Origin: a virus
Lineage: Duplodnaviria; Heunggongvirae; Uroviricota; Caudoviricetes
IMG/VR virus record: IMGVR_UViG_3300044557_000292
Coordinates: 128,001-192,000 of that record
Length of the DNA stretch: 64,000 nucleotides
Strand: one strand, 5' to 3'
Each line of letters begins with the position of its first letter. The stretch's first letter is position 1. Made by a program: the position numbers and the translations under genes. Of the stretch, positions 1 through 9,114 are shown in pieces. The notes under the pieces were generated by a model. It saw only the letters and a program-made list of their open reading frames with translations. It did no database searches and was not told the DNA's origin.

Positions 1-1030
1 GACTGGAAAGATCTAGTATGGTCTTATTGTCAATAGCGCGTTTCTTCTCGGGGGAGATGTTCACGACCCTTTGGCGTAGGATTGGGGCGGTCGCCCAAGC
101 ATTAGGATCGTCCTTCTGATCATCAAGAGTCGTGTTCAGGTTGTCCACAATCAGGTCTGTCACGTCTGATGCGGTAAGATCAGACGCGTCGATGATCGGG
201 AAGTCAACCTGTGGACGTTCTGCTACCACCTTGAACTCTGGTATCATCTTCCCATCGGATAGAACAATCCACTTTGTCCATCCGCGTTGCAGCATATCGG
301 CCTTATCGGAGAATCCCCTCCGTAGAATGGAACCGTTATAATATGTTCTTAACCCTGCCGTATCATGGACGCCATCACTGCTTCCAACGAACCCGCGCTC
401 ATGGATGTGCCCTAACAAGCGATAATTCCAATTCCTCCCCTCAACGATTTCATCTGGAATCACGACCTCGCGGGGGGATGCCTCGGTATGGAGCGCTAGC
501 TTCGTGATTGGATCAATAACGCTTCCATGGGTTGAGAAGATGTTGATCGCGTTAGGGTTCGGCTTGATTGAATCCCACGTACTGGCCTGCTCCTGGTACA
601 GGTGGTGGCTGACCATGTGGAGTAGGACTCCCGGGGCGATCTCGTGTACAGCGTAAGCCTCCCAGTGCGCGTAGATATGACGCTCGGGATCATTAAGCAG
701 GGCGGTTCCTGCTATCTCTGACTTCACGTCACTCACGTCATGATTCCCAGTGAGGATATAGACTGATATTCCGGCATCAGCGAGTCTTCTGAATTCCCTC
801 TGCGCGAAGGCGGCCGTCCTCACTGACGGGGTCGGGGTATGGAAGACATCCCCAGCTACCAGAACAGCATTGATCGTACCGTCAGATATGATGTCTTTGA
901 CGATCGTCTTGAAGGCGAGATACCCGTCGACCTCACGCCAGTTCACTCCATGCTTGTTCGTCTTATGACCGGAATGGTATCCTAGGTGAAGATCAGAAAG
1001 ATGCGCGATCGTTATCAAACCATTGTCCAT
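1..1030 (-). CDS. sbcD: SbcD/Mre11-family metallophosphoesterase (DNA repair exonuclease), runs off the left window edge
   Basis: Not in the ORF track. Manual translation from ATG at 1030 gives MDNGLITIAHLSDLHLG...VAGDVFH...LTGNHD...STHG...LGHIH...YNGS, the calcineurin-like phosphoesterase motifs. GGTACCAT lies 7 nt upstream. Confidence 0.88.
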   Translation of the reverse strand, partial: MDNGLITIAHLSDLHLGYHSGHKTNKHGVNWREVDGYLAFKTIVKDIISDGTINAVLVAGDVFHTPTPSVRTAAFAQREFRRLADAGISVYILTGNHDVSDVKSEIAGTALLNDPERHIYAHWEAYAVHEIAPGVLLHMVSHHLYQEQASTWDSIKPNPNAINIFSTHGSVIDPITKLALHTEASPREVVIPDEIVEGRNWNYRLLGHIHERGFVGSSDGVHDTAGLRTYYNGSILRRGFSDKADMLQRGWTKWIVLSDGKMIPEFKVVAERPQVDFPIIDASDLTASDVTDLIVDNLNTTLDDQKDDPNAWATAPILRQRVVNISPEKKRAIDNKTILDLSS

Positions 1031-1056
1031 AATGAGTATGGTACCTATGCGTCTTG

Positions 1057-2187
1057 TTACTGTTCTCTTGGGGAGATCACGCGTCTGAACTGCACCCAGT
1101 TACCACTCAGATTAGATGTCAAGTCCCTATCACTGATCGTGTTCATGGCATCAGCTATAGCCGGTATGGATCTTCCCTCGCTACTAGACCAGGCGATGTG
1201 CTCGAACGGGCTCATGTGCCCGTCACGAAGCAGGCGTTCACCAAGACCAATTTCTTTATTCCTCGCGGAATCACGATTCACGTATGATATCCTCGCGCAT
1301 TCCGAAGCAGATTCAAGGAGCTTCCCCTTTAATGACTCCCATGATGAGAGATCAGATTCTGTTATGGACACGAATGGAGCGTGAATTACCTCATGCTTGA
1401 GGACGTGACGGTCAAGACTTGCGTCCATTACAGCCCTCATGAGGATGGCTATTGCCTTGACCTCCGGCTGCGCATGGTCGCTGATCCTTAGATCATAGAA
1501 GTTCTTCCAGTACGTTGACGTGACCACGGTCTCATGCCACATCCAAGGCTCGATGAGCCTGTTCGCGTCTTGCTTGTGGATGTCAGACCAATCTACTGGT
1601 ATCTCATCATTCTTATAGGCCGTCTGGTACCGATTCACATAACTAGACCAATCCTCTATTCGGAAGTAGTCTGTGACGATCTTTTGATTCATGAGTAGGC
1701 GGAGTAGATTAGCGACAGCGTCATCTCTTGACTTGAGCCATTGTCTGGTTGCGGTCATGGCCTCATTCGTGCTGGAATATGATCCACCCATTCCCTTATG
1801 ATTCCGTGTCCAGAGTGGTATGAACGGATCTTCAACGACCGGCTTGATGGTGGCCTTAATGCTCCTAGCCCTGCTACTCGCACTATTACGGCTGAAGGCA
1901 CGATGCGTGTTGAACTCTGGGAGAATGATCCTAGGATACTTTACGACCATTGTGGTCACTCTACTCGGCGTTATGAGGTCTTCGCTGTCTCCCGGATCAT
2001 GATCAATGCTATCAGACACGATTAGAGCTTTGTATCCCCTCAGAACGGGATCTTCATACGTTGCCTGGATCGTTGACCCATAATCCTCATTCCAAGGGTC
2101 TCTCACCTCTTCTATCTTCACGCTATCGAAAATCGGTCCAACCGTACCCCTACGATCATATAACCGTACTATCTCATCCTTATTCAA
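1057..2187 (-). CDS. thyX: FAD-dependent thymidylate synthase (ThyX/Thy1), phage/plasmid type
   Basis: EFNTHRAFSRNSASSRA (ThyX motif), F..LR..HAQPE, CARISY, GHMSPFEH. Confidence 0.88.
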   Translation of the reverse strand: MNKDEIVRLYDRRGTVGPIFDSVKIEEVRDPWNEDYGSTIQATYEDPVLRGYKALIVSDSIDHDPGDSEDLITPSRVTTMVVKYPRIILPEFNTHRAFSRNSASSRARSIKATIKPVVEDPFIPLWTRNHKGMGGSYSSTNEAMTATRQWLKSRDDAVANLLRLLMNQKIVTDYFRIEDWSSYVNRYQTAYKNDEIPVDWSDIHKQDANRLIEPWMWHETVVTSTYWKNFYDLRISDHAQPEVKAIAILMRAVMDASLDRHVLKHEVIHAPFVSITESDLSSWESLKGKLLESASECARISYVNRDSARNKEIGLGERLLRDGHMSPFEHIAWSSSEGRSIPAIADAMNTISDRDLTSNLSGNWVQFRRVISPREQ

Positions 2188-3130
2188 TGGTTTGTGCTCC
2201 TTTCCTATCTGTTGTAGTGAACTGGTTCAACGGCGGTATCCAAATGTCAGTCGTGAGGCCGTAATCATCGGAATACGGTATACCGCTGTCTGTGGTATTA
2301 TTCCCGTTAAGATCAATGGTCAACGGTGTGCCCTCACGTCCGAACACGTCACCGTACGCTAGGAAATAAGTATGACGACGAGGTCTTACAAGACTGGGTA
2401 TCTTAATGCTATCGTCAAAGACACTTGTCTGCCTCTCCGTGTTCCCATCAGTGTGATCATTCCCATGGAGAATCTTCCAAACGTCAGTCCATCCGCTTGG
2501 ATACACCCCATCCCTCGTCACTCGGCCCAATAGTAGCCTCACGCTCTCATTGGCATCATCAGCATGAAGATCGGCCGCCATGTACATGAGGCCATTCTTA
2601 TAATCCGGGTCTTTGATCTTACGAACGTACGCGTCCTTCACGATGAGGTTCGCCAGTTTGACACGATGCACCTCAAAGAATGTTCCACGTATTGACTCGA
2701 AGTTATAGAGACGAACCATTCTACCGTTATCATAATAAGCGTCAACCAGACAGTCGGGGGCTAACTCAACCTGTTTACCGTTCGTCTCTGACATCATGCG
2801 TATCTCAGATCTCTCGCGGACATCTAGATCTGAATCTACCGCAGTCACGTTGCAGTAATTGAACCTGCTGTCGTTTTGACTGTGATGGAGCTTGTACCCG
2901 TTACTGGCGATCTCCGACAGCACTGACGGCGCGTCCATCCTCACCCCCTGGACGAAGATGACAGCAGGTCTGAACTTGTCCTTAACCGTCCTGTGAACGT
3001 ACTCGTTAGCTCTCTCCTCGTACATTGGAAGATGAGGCGCAAGATCAATGCTGACCATTCTCCTCACATCGTCACGATCAATCCCAAGATCTTCAGCGCT
3101 TAAACTCACATCATACTCCAATTCCCTCAA
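2180..3130 (-). CDS. Endonuclease/exonuclease/phosphatase (EEP)-fold protein, catalytic motifs altered
   Basis: Motifs in EEP order: VIFVQGV (LQEV), AADLHA (GDFNA), WTDVWKILH, RRHTYFL (RIDY), SDDYGL (SDH). Confidence 0.6.
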   Translation of the reverse strand: MRELEYDVSLSAEDLGIDRDDVRRMVSIDLAPHLPMYEERANEYVHRTVKDKFRPAVIFVQGVRMDAPSVLSEIASNGYKLHHSQNDSRFNYCNVTAVDSDLDVRERSEIRMMSETNGKQVELAPDCLVDAYYDNGRMVRLYNFESIRGTFFEVHRVKLANLIVKDAYVRKIKDPDYKNGLMYMAADLHADDANESVRLLLGRVTRDGVYPSGWTDVWKILHGNDHTDGNTERQTSVFDDSIKIPSLVRPRRHTYFLAYGDVFGREGTPLTIDLNGNNTTDSGIPYSDDYGLTTDIWIPPLNQFTTTDRKGAQTIE

Positions 3131-3252
3131 TGCTAATGCACGTTACAAACGATATGACCCACATTGAATTGACGTTCAATCGTAATCCACTTGAAAGATA
3201 TGGTTAAGACGAGCTTTCAAGAACTGAACTACGATCACTATTCCAACGTCTC

Positions 3253-4023
3253 CTACTCGTCATGATCAGAAATCCCGTCAGGCTCATTCCTTATCATGAG
3301 CCTCCTGGCCTTAGGTTGGAGCCGCTCGACCAGCGGTTTGAATTCCTGGAGCACCCATGCGTTTGATGACATGACGAGGATAAGATTCACGGTGCCTATA
3401 GCGTTGACCGTGTCGATAAGCGTTGTATAACAGTCACTACGATTCTTAGCATCATACCCAGTCATCTGCCCGCAGGAATCTATCATGAGTATTCTTCTAC
3501 CCTTAGTGAGCTTGTCAAGAGTCTTCTTCCTCGTAGAGAACCCGTAGAGATCTCCCAGTATCGAGCTTTCCTGCACGCACACGATCTCATGCTCTGGATC
3601 GGTAATGAGATCGGTGGTTCTAACAATCTGGTCGATGTACGCATACGCAGCCCAGGTCTTACCCTTGACGGCCCTTCTATGCGTCTTCCCATCATCACCG
3701 ACATACTTGATGGTCTCAGAGCTAATGGCAAGGTGACGTGGAATCTCAGGATCGTCATGGATCATCTGCGACAGGTCTTTCATGACGCTGGCGGCATGAT
3801 CATCATACTCGCTGACGGCATCTAGGGTAGCTCCACGATAAAGCACTGGGACCATGAGCTTCCAATCGTCAAGAGCATGTCCAGATTCCTCCGCACGCTC
3901 ATCCCTGAGGATATGGGAGATATCCTCATCTTGTCTTGCCTTCCACTTCATGAAGTCTTCATGATTAATGGGGGGTCTTACGTAGATCTCATCACCGTCA
4001 AACGTGACCCTACCCATAATCAA
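3253..4023 (-). CDS. DnaC/IstB-like AAA+ helicase loader (divergent)
   Basis: VPVLYRGATL, interrupted Walker A ending KGKTWAAYAY, Walker B-like ILMIDSCG; two genes downstream of dnaB. Confidence 0.6.
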   Translation of the reverse strand: MIMGRVTFDGDEIYVRPPINHEDFMKWKARQDEDISHILRDERAEESGHALDDWKLMVPVLYRGATLDAVSEYDDHAASVMKDLSQMIHDDPEIPRHLAISSETIKYVGDDGKTHRRAVKGKTWAAYAYIDQIVRTTDLITDPEHEIVCVQESSILGDLYGFSTRKKTLDKLTKGRRILMIDSCGQMTGYDAKNRSDCYTTLIDTVNAIGTVNLILVMSSNAWVLQEFKPLVERLQPKARRLMIRNEPDGISDHDE

Positions 4024-4427
4024 TCATCCTCCCCGTTAATGATCCACATGATCGTATCGTAATCCATATCCTCCAGTTTACCGGTTGGAAGCCTGGAACG
4101 ATCATAAAGCCTTGATCCCCTAGCATACGTGAACTGATTGATCTCCATCCTATTCTCAATAATCCAGAACGTCACCCTGGTGAACTTGAGATCACTCCAA
4201 TCACCGTCAATGAGGAATTTCCTGTACATTCTCTCCAGCATGAGATTAGAAGTGTCATACGATCCATCCGGTCCAGCGTACGGTCCCATGAATGATGCGT
4301 ATATAGACCCACCCTCAGCCTTCTGGAATCTTCCTATGAACGCCTTGCAACGATCATCGTCATTCCTTATGGTAACGTCTGGGAACAATGGAGAGGTCAT
4401 TGACCTCTTGTAGTACGGGTCACTCAT
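4020..4427 (-). CDS. Hypothetical protein, translationally coupled between dnaB and the loader
   Basis: 135-aa ORF whose start and stop overlap its neighbours. Confidence 0.7.
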   Translation of the reverse strand: MSDPYYKRSMTSPLFPDVTIRNDDDRCKAFIGRFQKAEGGSIYASFMGPYAGPDGSYDTSNLMLERMYRKFLIDGDWSDLKFTRVTFWIIENRMEINQFTYARGSRLYDRSRLPTGKLEDMDYDTIMWIINGEDD

Positions 4428-5962
4428 CAGAAGTCCTCCTCATCGTCAAAAACATCCATATCAGAATCATCTATCTCAGAGTCATGATCATTGTCATTTG
4501 ATTCATCTTGAGGAGGATCGTTCTGTTCTATACGCGACTCTCCATCTGGATCTCCGTCTGTCCCACTAGACTCCCGTTCGTCATGATCATCAAGATCTCC
4601 ATCCACCTGCTCGGTGACCTCAACGAACTTAGCATACTTGAGGAGCGTGTGGCACTTGAAGAAGATTCCATCCTTACCATTCCTGTTCTTATCAATCACG
4701 AAGGTTGCATCAGAGTCAGTCTTAGCCTCGCTCTTGGTTCTGTGGATGAGGATGACAACAGATGAATCCATCGCTATCTGGTTAGTCCCTCTAATATCAT
4801 CACGACGAGGCATGGCGTCTTCCTCGCCCTTAGCGAGGCGATTCACCATGGTCGCCTGGACAATTGGGACCTTGAGCTGCATGGATAGCAGTTTGATTCC
4901 ACGAGAAATGTCAGCAAGCTCCTCCTCACGACTACTCCTATGAGAACCAGCACTAGCCGATATGAGTTGAAGGTAATCAATCACGATTATTCCAAGACCG
5001 GTCTCACTGCTTGCCATTTGCTGAGCCCTTGCTCTGATATGATCAATGGTAATGTTAGGGGTAGAGTCCAGAACTATTGGGAGGCTTTTGATCTCTTCTG
5101 CTGACGCCATCACCTTCTGGTACTCCTCATCACTGAGAGACCCGTTCTTCAATGCGCTCAAGCGAACATTAGAATTAGCCGCGACGATACGGTTCATGAC
5201 CTCAGACGGAAGCATCTCAAGATTGAAGAAGAGAACTGGCGCGTTCGCGTGGGCTGCATTCAACGCTAGATCTGCCAGGAGGAAAGATTTTCCTATACCA
5301 GTTCTAGCACCTATGGTTATGACCTGCCCGGGAAGGAATCCTCCAACATAACGATCAATGGTCGGGAAACCAGCAGGTATCCCCTTCTGTGCTGCAATCG
5401 GATTATCACCGAACTTCTTGTACAGATCCATCTTATCAGAAAGATTCTTCGTATAATCGTCAAAGTAGTCTGACACGTTGACCACGTTAGACTCATTGGC
5501 GAGCTTTAATAACTCCCCATCAAGAGCTTTCCTCCCCGTCTCAATGAGCTTCTTAGCGTTTCCACCCGAATGCTTCACCTTGGTTGAGAGATCTTCGAAG
5601 ATCGGGGTGAGATTCCGCTTCGCTGACTCATTCTTCACGACCTGCGCGTAGATCTCCACCGTCCCCATGCTAGCATTGAGCGCCCCGTCATTGAAGAGTC
5701 TCTGCACCTCCTCGACCCCGCCGGCCTGGGCGAGAGCATCGTGCATGTGAATGTCAGACAGAATGTTAGCATAGTCGATCGGCCTGTCATGACGATCAAG
5801 GTCAACGATGGCCTTCCATATGGTCTTGAGTCTACCGTCCTCAAAATCGTCCTCGGTGATGAGGTCAATGACGTCTTTAACTCTCCCCGGAAGGTACAGT
5901 AAGGAGCTGATTAGCCCGTTCTGGGCTTCATCGTATGCCGTCAAATTTGTCATAATCTCCAT
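4427..5962 (-). CDS. dnaB: Replicative DNA helicase DnaB
   Basis: DnaB N-terminal domain, Walker A GARTGIGKS, FNLEM, IVIDYLQLI, KNRNG; acidic C-terminal tail. Confidence 0.92.
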   Translation of the reverse strand: MEIMTNLTAYDEAQNGLISSLLYLPGRVKDVIDLITEDDFEDGRLKTIWKAIVDLDRHDRPIDYANILSDIHMHDALAQAGGVEEVQRLFNDGALNASMGTVEIYAQVVKNESAKRNLTPIFEDLSTKVKHSGGNAKKLIETGRKALDGELLKLANESNVVNVSDYFDDYTKNLSDKMDLYKKFGDNPIAAQKGIPAGFPTIDRYVGGFLPGQVITIGARTGIGKSFLLADLALNAAHANAPVLFFNLEMLPSEVMNRIVAANSNVRLSALKNGSLSDEEYQKVMASAEEIKSLPIVLDSTPNITIDHIRARAQQMASSETGLGIIVIDYLQLISASAGSHRSSREEELADISRGIKLLSMQLKVPIVQATMVNRLAKGEEDAMPRRDDIRGTNQIAMDSSVVILIHRTKSEAKTDSDATFVIDKNRNGKDGIFFKCHTLLKYAKFVEVTEQVDGDLDDHDERESSGTDGDPDGESRIEQNDPPQDESNDNDHDSEIDDSDMDVFDDEEDF

Positions 5963-6042
5963 ATTACCATTTCATCGCGTCATGACGGTATTTTTCCTGG
6001 AAGATCTCCCGTAGGTCGGTTTTTATAGAACACATCGTCATG

Positions 6043-6175
6043 GCTAAGATTCAACTATGTTCAGAATGTAACGGTCTACTATGATTCTAGTGATAGTCTG
6101 AGCGGACATTCCCGAAAAAGCTACTTTGTGTATAACGCAACTTCCTGAGGACTAAACCGCTTTAGAATCACGAGA
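6043..6175. repeat. 133-bp dispersed intergenic repeat, copy 1
   Basis: Aligns without gaps to 27242-27374 and 55670-55802 (GCTWAGATTCRACTAT...CAGAAYGYAAC...GTGATAGTCTRARCGGACAT...TTGTGTATAACGYAACTTCCYGAG...TAGAAT). Confidence 0.95.
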
Positions 6176-6259
6176 ATCAGTTATTTAGAACTATATTGTC
6201 CTCGCTATCGTCTATAAAGACGTGATGATCTTTTAACCCATTAGCAAAGAACATTCTAA

Positions 6260-7351
6260 CTATCCTCTCACGATTCCACCGGTTTTAAGGAACTCTCCAG
6301 TTGGAGCCTCCTCCCTAGACTTGACCGCGTTGTCTTTTTTGATCTTCATGGCCGCAGGGCAGATGTTCACAAGAGGACACCATGAGCAGAGAGGTGACGG
6401 GCCACACTCCCATCTATTAAGGTTTACGGACTGCGTGAGAACGGAATCTGCCTGTTCTACATCTTCAACAGCCTGTCTACGATAATTCGTATTCTTCACG
6501 TCAATTACAGTCACGTGACCTTTATTCTTGATTCCAGTATCGGGATCTTCATAATCGGCTATGGGGTAGATCAGGCGAGCCGTCTCAATATCATACCCAG
6601 ATTCCTCCATCATCATCGTGTAGAGGATCTGCTGCCTCACGTATCCAAAGTCGGGATACTTCTGTTTGTCTGGAAGATAATCACTAGCATGCTTACCGGT
6701 CTTCCAGTCATCAATCACGTACCGTCCAGTCTTGTCATCAATACTCAAACGATCAATGAATCCGAGTACTTTATGATTGATCTTAGGAGATATCTTCCCG
6801 TCAACGAATAGCTCAAGACCGTCTTCCGACTTGACGTAAGACTTTCCATTCCTGCTCACACGGTCAAACGAGACCCTATCTGGGACATGAACCATTCTGG
6901 GATCTTCAAGATGAAGATTCCAATACCCGTTGATAGCCTTCTGCAACCATATGGTAGCATCCGAATCCATAGCTATAACGCGGTAATCAGGACTGTTAAG
7001 AACCTTCTTGTACGACGATCGTATCCCATCAACCGTTCTATCGTCTGGTGGCAGAGTGAAGAATTGCTCCATCACGCTATGAAAAGCTGATCCTAATGTG
7101 GTCGGTGAGAGCGGATCCGGCGGCATAAGATCGCTTAGTATCCACTTGTCAGAGGCTGCGCGGGCGGGGCACTTCTGGAGTGAGGAGATAAGACTGTTCG
7201 ATATGTTGACAGATGCCGTTTTACTGATGAGCTCAGGATCTTCGAATGATAGCCCTTCCTTGGACAATACTGCCCTAACGGTTGGATTAGAATTAGATTC
7301 AGTACCACCGTTGGCCTCAGGATCGTCAAAAACGTCTACATCTTCGCTCAT
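6260..7351 (-). CDS. RecB/AddB-family PD-(D/E)XK exonuclease with a probable Fe-S cluster
   Basis: S.S.I...KCP, LGSAFHSVME, GFIDRL, IDDWKTG, QQILY, C-terminal CSWCPLVNIC. Confidence 0.85.
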   Translation of the reverse strand: MSEDVDVFDDPEANGGTESNSNPTVRAVLSKEGLSFEDPELISKTASVNISNSLISSLQKCPARAASDKWILSDLMPPDPLSPTTLGSAFHSVMEQFFTLPPDDRTVDGIRSSYKKVLNSPDYRVIAMDSDATIWLQKAINGYWNLHLEDPRMVHVPDRVSFDRVSRNGKSYVKSEDGLELFVDGKISPKINHKVLGFIDRLSIDDKTGRYVIDDWKTGKHASDYLPDKQKYPDFGYVRQQILYTMMMEESGYDIETARLIYPIADYEDPDTGIKNKGHVTVIDVKNTNYRRQAVEDVEQADSVLTQSVNLNRWECGPSPLCSWCPLVNICPAAMKIKKDNAVKSREEAPTGEFLKTGGIVRG

Positions 7352-7442
7352 ATTGATTACAGTTTCCTTATTCGTCTTATGCTAACAATCTTGCCGAGTA
7401 TGCTGGTCGGACAGAACATGACTGCTTTAATAATCGTTGATT

Positions 7443-8261
7443 CTATTTCTTGGTAGATGTGGATGCGTCAAAGTGCGAATCCCCAGACGATACAGCAATG
7501 ACCGCGTCCATATCTGATGAGGTGACAATGACTCCAGTTTGATCACTGAAGACGATCACGAATCCGTGAATCGTCTTATCATCGCCCTTGAATTCACGAA
7601 CAAATGCCAGGGAAGACCCGTTCGAGGGTGTGATTCTATATGACTGATCGCTGTAAAGCAGTGAATTGTCTTTCGCATCTCTGAACGCATAGAATTGCAC
7701 GGTAGAATCGTTGAGCTTGCCCTGTCCAAGATAGCAACTGGCCGCAGGGCTCTTCAACTCGCACTTCTTTGAAGATGCAGTGATGCCATCCGTCAACGCT
7801 GGGAATGTTACGATATACGTATTCTTATCTGCTTGAAGCATTAAGTCTTGTCCATTGACTGACGCTGCTACAGATCCATGGGCCGCCGCGCCGATATTTG
7901 ACGAATTAGCGGCGGGGTTAGCTATCTGCCCGGACTGATCACCTGACCCCGAGCTTTCAGATGGAGTGGCGGACCCAACTTGCTCGTTATGCTGGTTTTG
8001 TTCCTGCCGCGTACTGTTAATCTGATCGTAAATCGTATAACCGACAAAAGCAAGAGCAAGAGCCACAACAGCGGAAGAGATAATGATGAGCAGCTTCTTC
8101 CTGCGTAACCCCTTCTCCAGATCTATCCCCTTGGTATCAACGACGCCAGACTTCTTGGGGTCGAAGATCGCACTCCATGCAGAGTCCCCATTAATATCGT
8201 CAAGATCGTCTTCTTTATCTTCATCCTTCTTATTAAAGAAGCTCATATCTACAATCTCCAT
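7443..8261 (-). CDS. Single-pass membrane protein, hypothetical
   Basis: Acidic N-terminus, one hydrophobic helix (LLIIISSAVVALALAFVGY), extracytoplasmic domain. Confidence 0.75.
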   Translation of the reverse strand: MEIVDMSFFNKKDEDKEDDLDDINGDSAWSAIFDPKKSGVVDTKGIDLEKGLRRKKLLIIISSAVVALALAFVGYTIYDQINSTRQEQNQHNEQVGSATPSESSGSGDQSGQIANPAANSSNIGAAAHGSVAASVNGQDLMLQADKNTYIVTFPALTDGITASSKKCELKSPAASCYLGQGKLNDSTVQFYAFRDAKDNSLLYSDQSYRITPSNGSSLAFVREFKGDDKTIHGFVIVFSDQTGVIVTSSDMDAVIAVSSGDSHFDASTSTKK

Positions 8262-8323
8262 TCTCAGTCATCTGGAACATCCATGATGATTTCTTAAATC
8301 ATTAATCCACATTGAACTCACTA

Positions 8324-8357
8324 TAGAATAGATATGTCAATAGAATAGATATGTCAA
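8324..8357. repeat. 17-bp direct tandem duplication TAGAATAGATATGTCAA x2
   Basis: Exact copies at 8324-8340 and 8341-8357; each reads TTGACA on the minus strand. Confidence 0.9.
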
Positions 8358-8377
8358 TTAAAGACGTTACTAAGAAT

Positions 8378-8426
8378 CTGCATAACGTGGATGCATGGGG
8401 GTTAATAATGCGTCCACGTTATGCGG
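8378..8426 (-). terminator. Long hairpin downstream of ssb (probable terminator)
   Basis: GCATAACGTGGATGCAT / ATGCGTCCACGTTATGC inverted repeat with one mismatch. Confidence 0.65.
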
Positions 8427-8469
8427 TCATTAATGCCTCACCGTTATCTACAGTGCGACGGTTGCATGA

Positions 8470-8976
8470 TCACCAGTCATCATCTTCGTCATCCGAATCA
8501 GATGATGTGGTCTGGGCTGCAGGACGCGCCGCCGGCGCCGTAGATCTGGCGGTTGTCCTCCTTGGGGAAGACTCATGATTATTACCATCACGGACCTCCT
8601 TCCAAGCCCACATGGACAGATCTGGTCCAACAGACTTGGCGACCACCTGATTCTCGTTCTGGTGTTCAACGCCCTTGCTATCAGTGTAATCGGGCTTCGG
8701 ATCCCTCTCTCCCTGCACGATGACACGAGATCCCGGCTTGAGGCTCTTGATGATGTTATCAGCCAGTCTTCCGAAGGCGGTCACGCTCTCGTAATACTTG
8801 CCTCCAGCATCCTGCTCCCACTGCTGGGTCTCGTTATTGAAACGATCCTTCGAAACGGCTACCGAGAAGTTAAGAACGGTCTGAGGCTTCTTTCCATTCC
8901 TGCCCTTCGTCTGCCTGGGCTCACCGATCCAAGTTACTCCGCCACTGAAGCTTGCAAAACCATAACCTGAACTCAT
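8470..8976 (-). CDS. ssb: Single-stranded DNA-binding protein
   Basis: OB-fold pattern VLNFSVAVS..RFN..QQW, AFGRLADNI..SLKPGSRVIVQG, VGPDL; acidic aromatic-ended tail DDEDDDW. Confidence 0.9.
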   Translation of the reverse strand: MSSGYGFASFSGGVTWIGEPRQTKGRNGKKPQTVLNFSVAVSKDRFNNETQQWEQDAGGKYYESVTAFGRLADNIIKSLKPGSRVIVQGERDPKPDYTDSKGVEHQNENQVVAKSVGPDLSMWAWKEVRDGNNHESSPRRTTARSTAPAARPAAQTTSSDSDDEDDDW

Positions 8977-9114
8977 AATTGTTCTCCTTATTGCTTATGT
9001 TGTTTTCATTGACCAGGTTTCTGATCACGATATGTATTGTACCAAATAGATGATGATTAATCGTTGATGGTTGACATGGGGTTAATGATCTTACGATATT
9101 GATTCCAAAGAACT

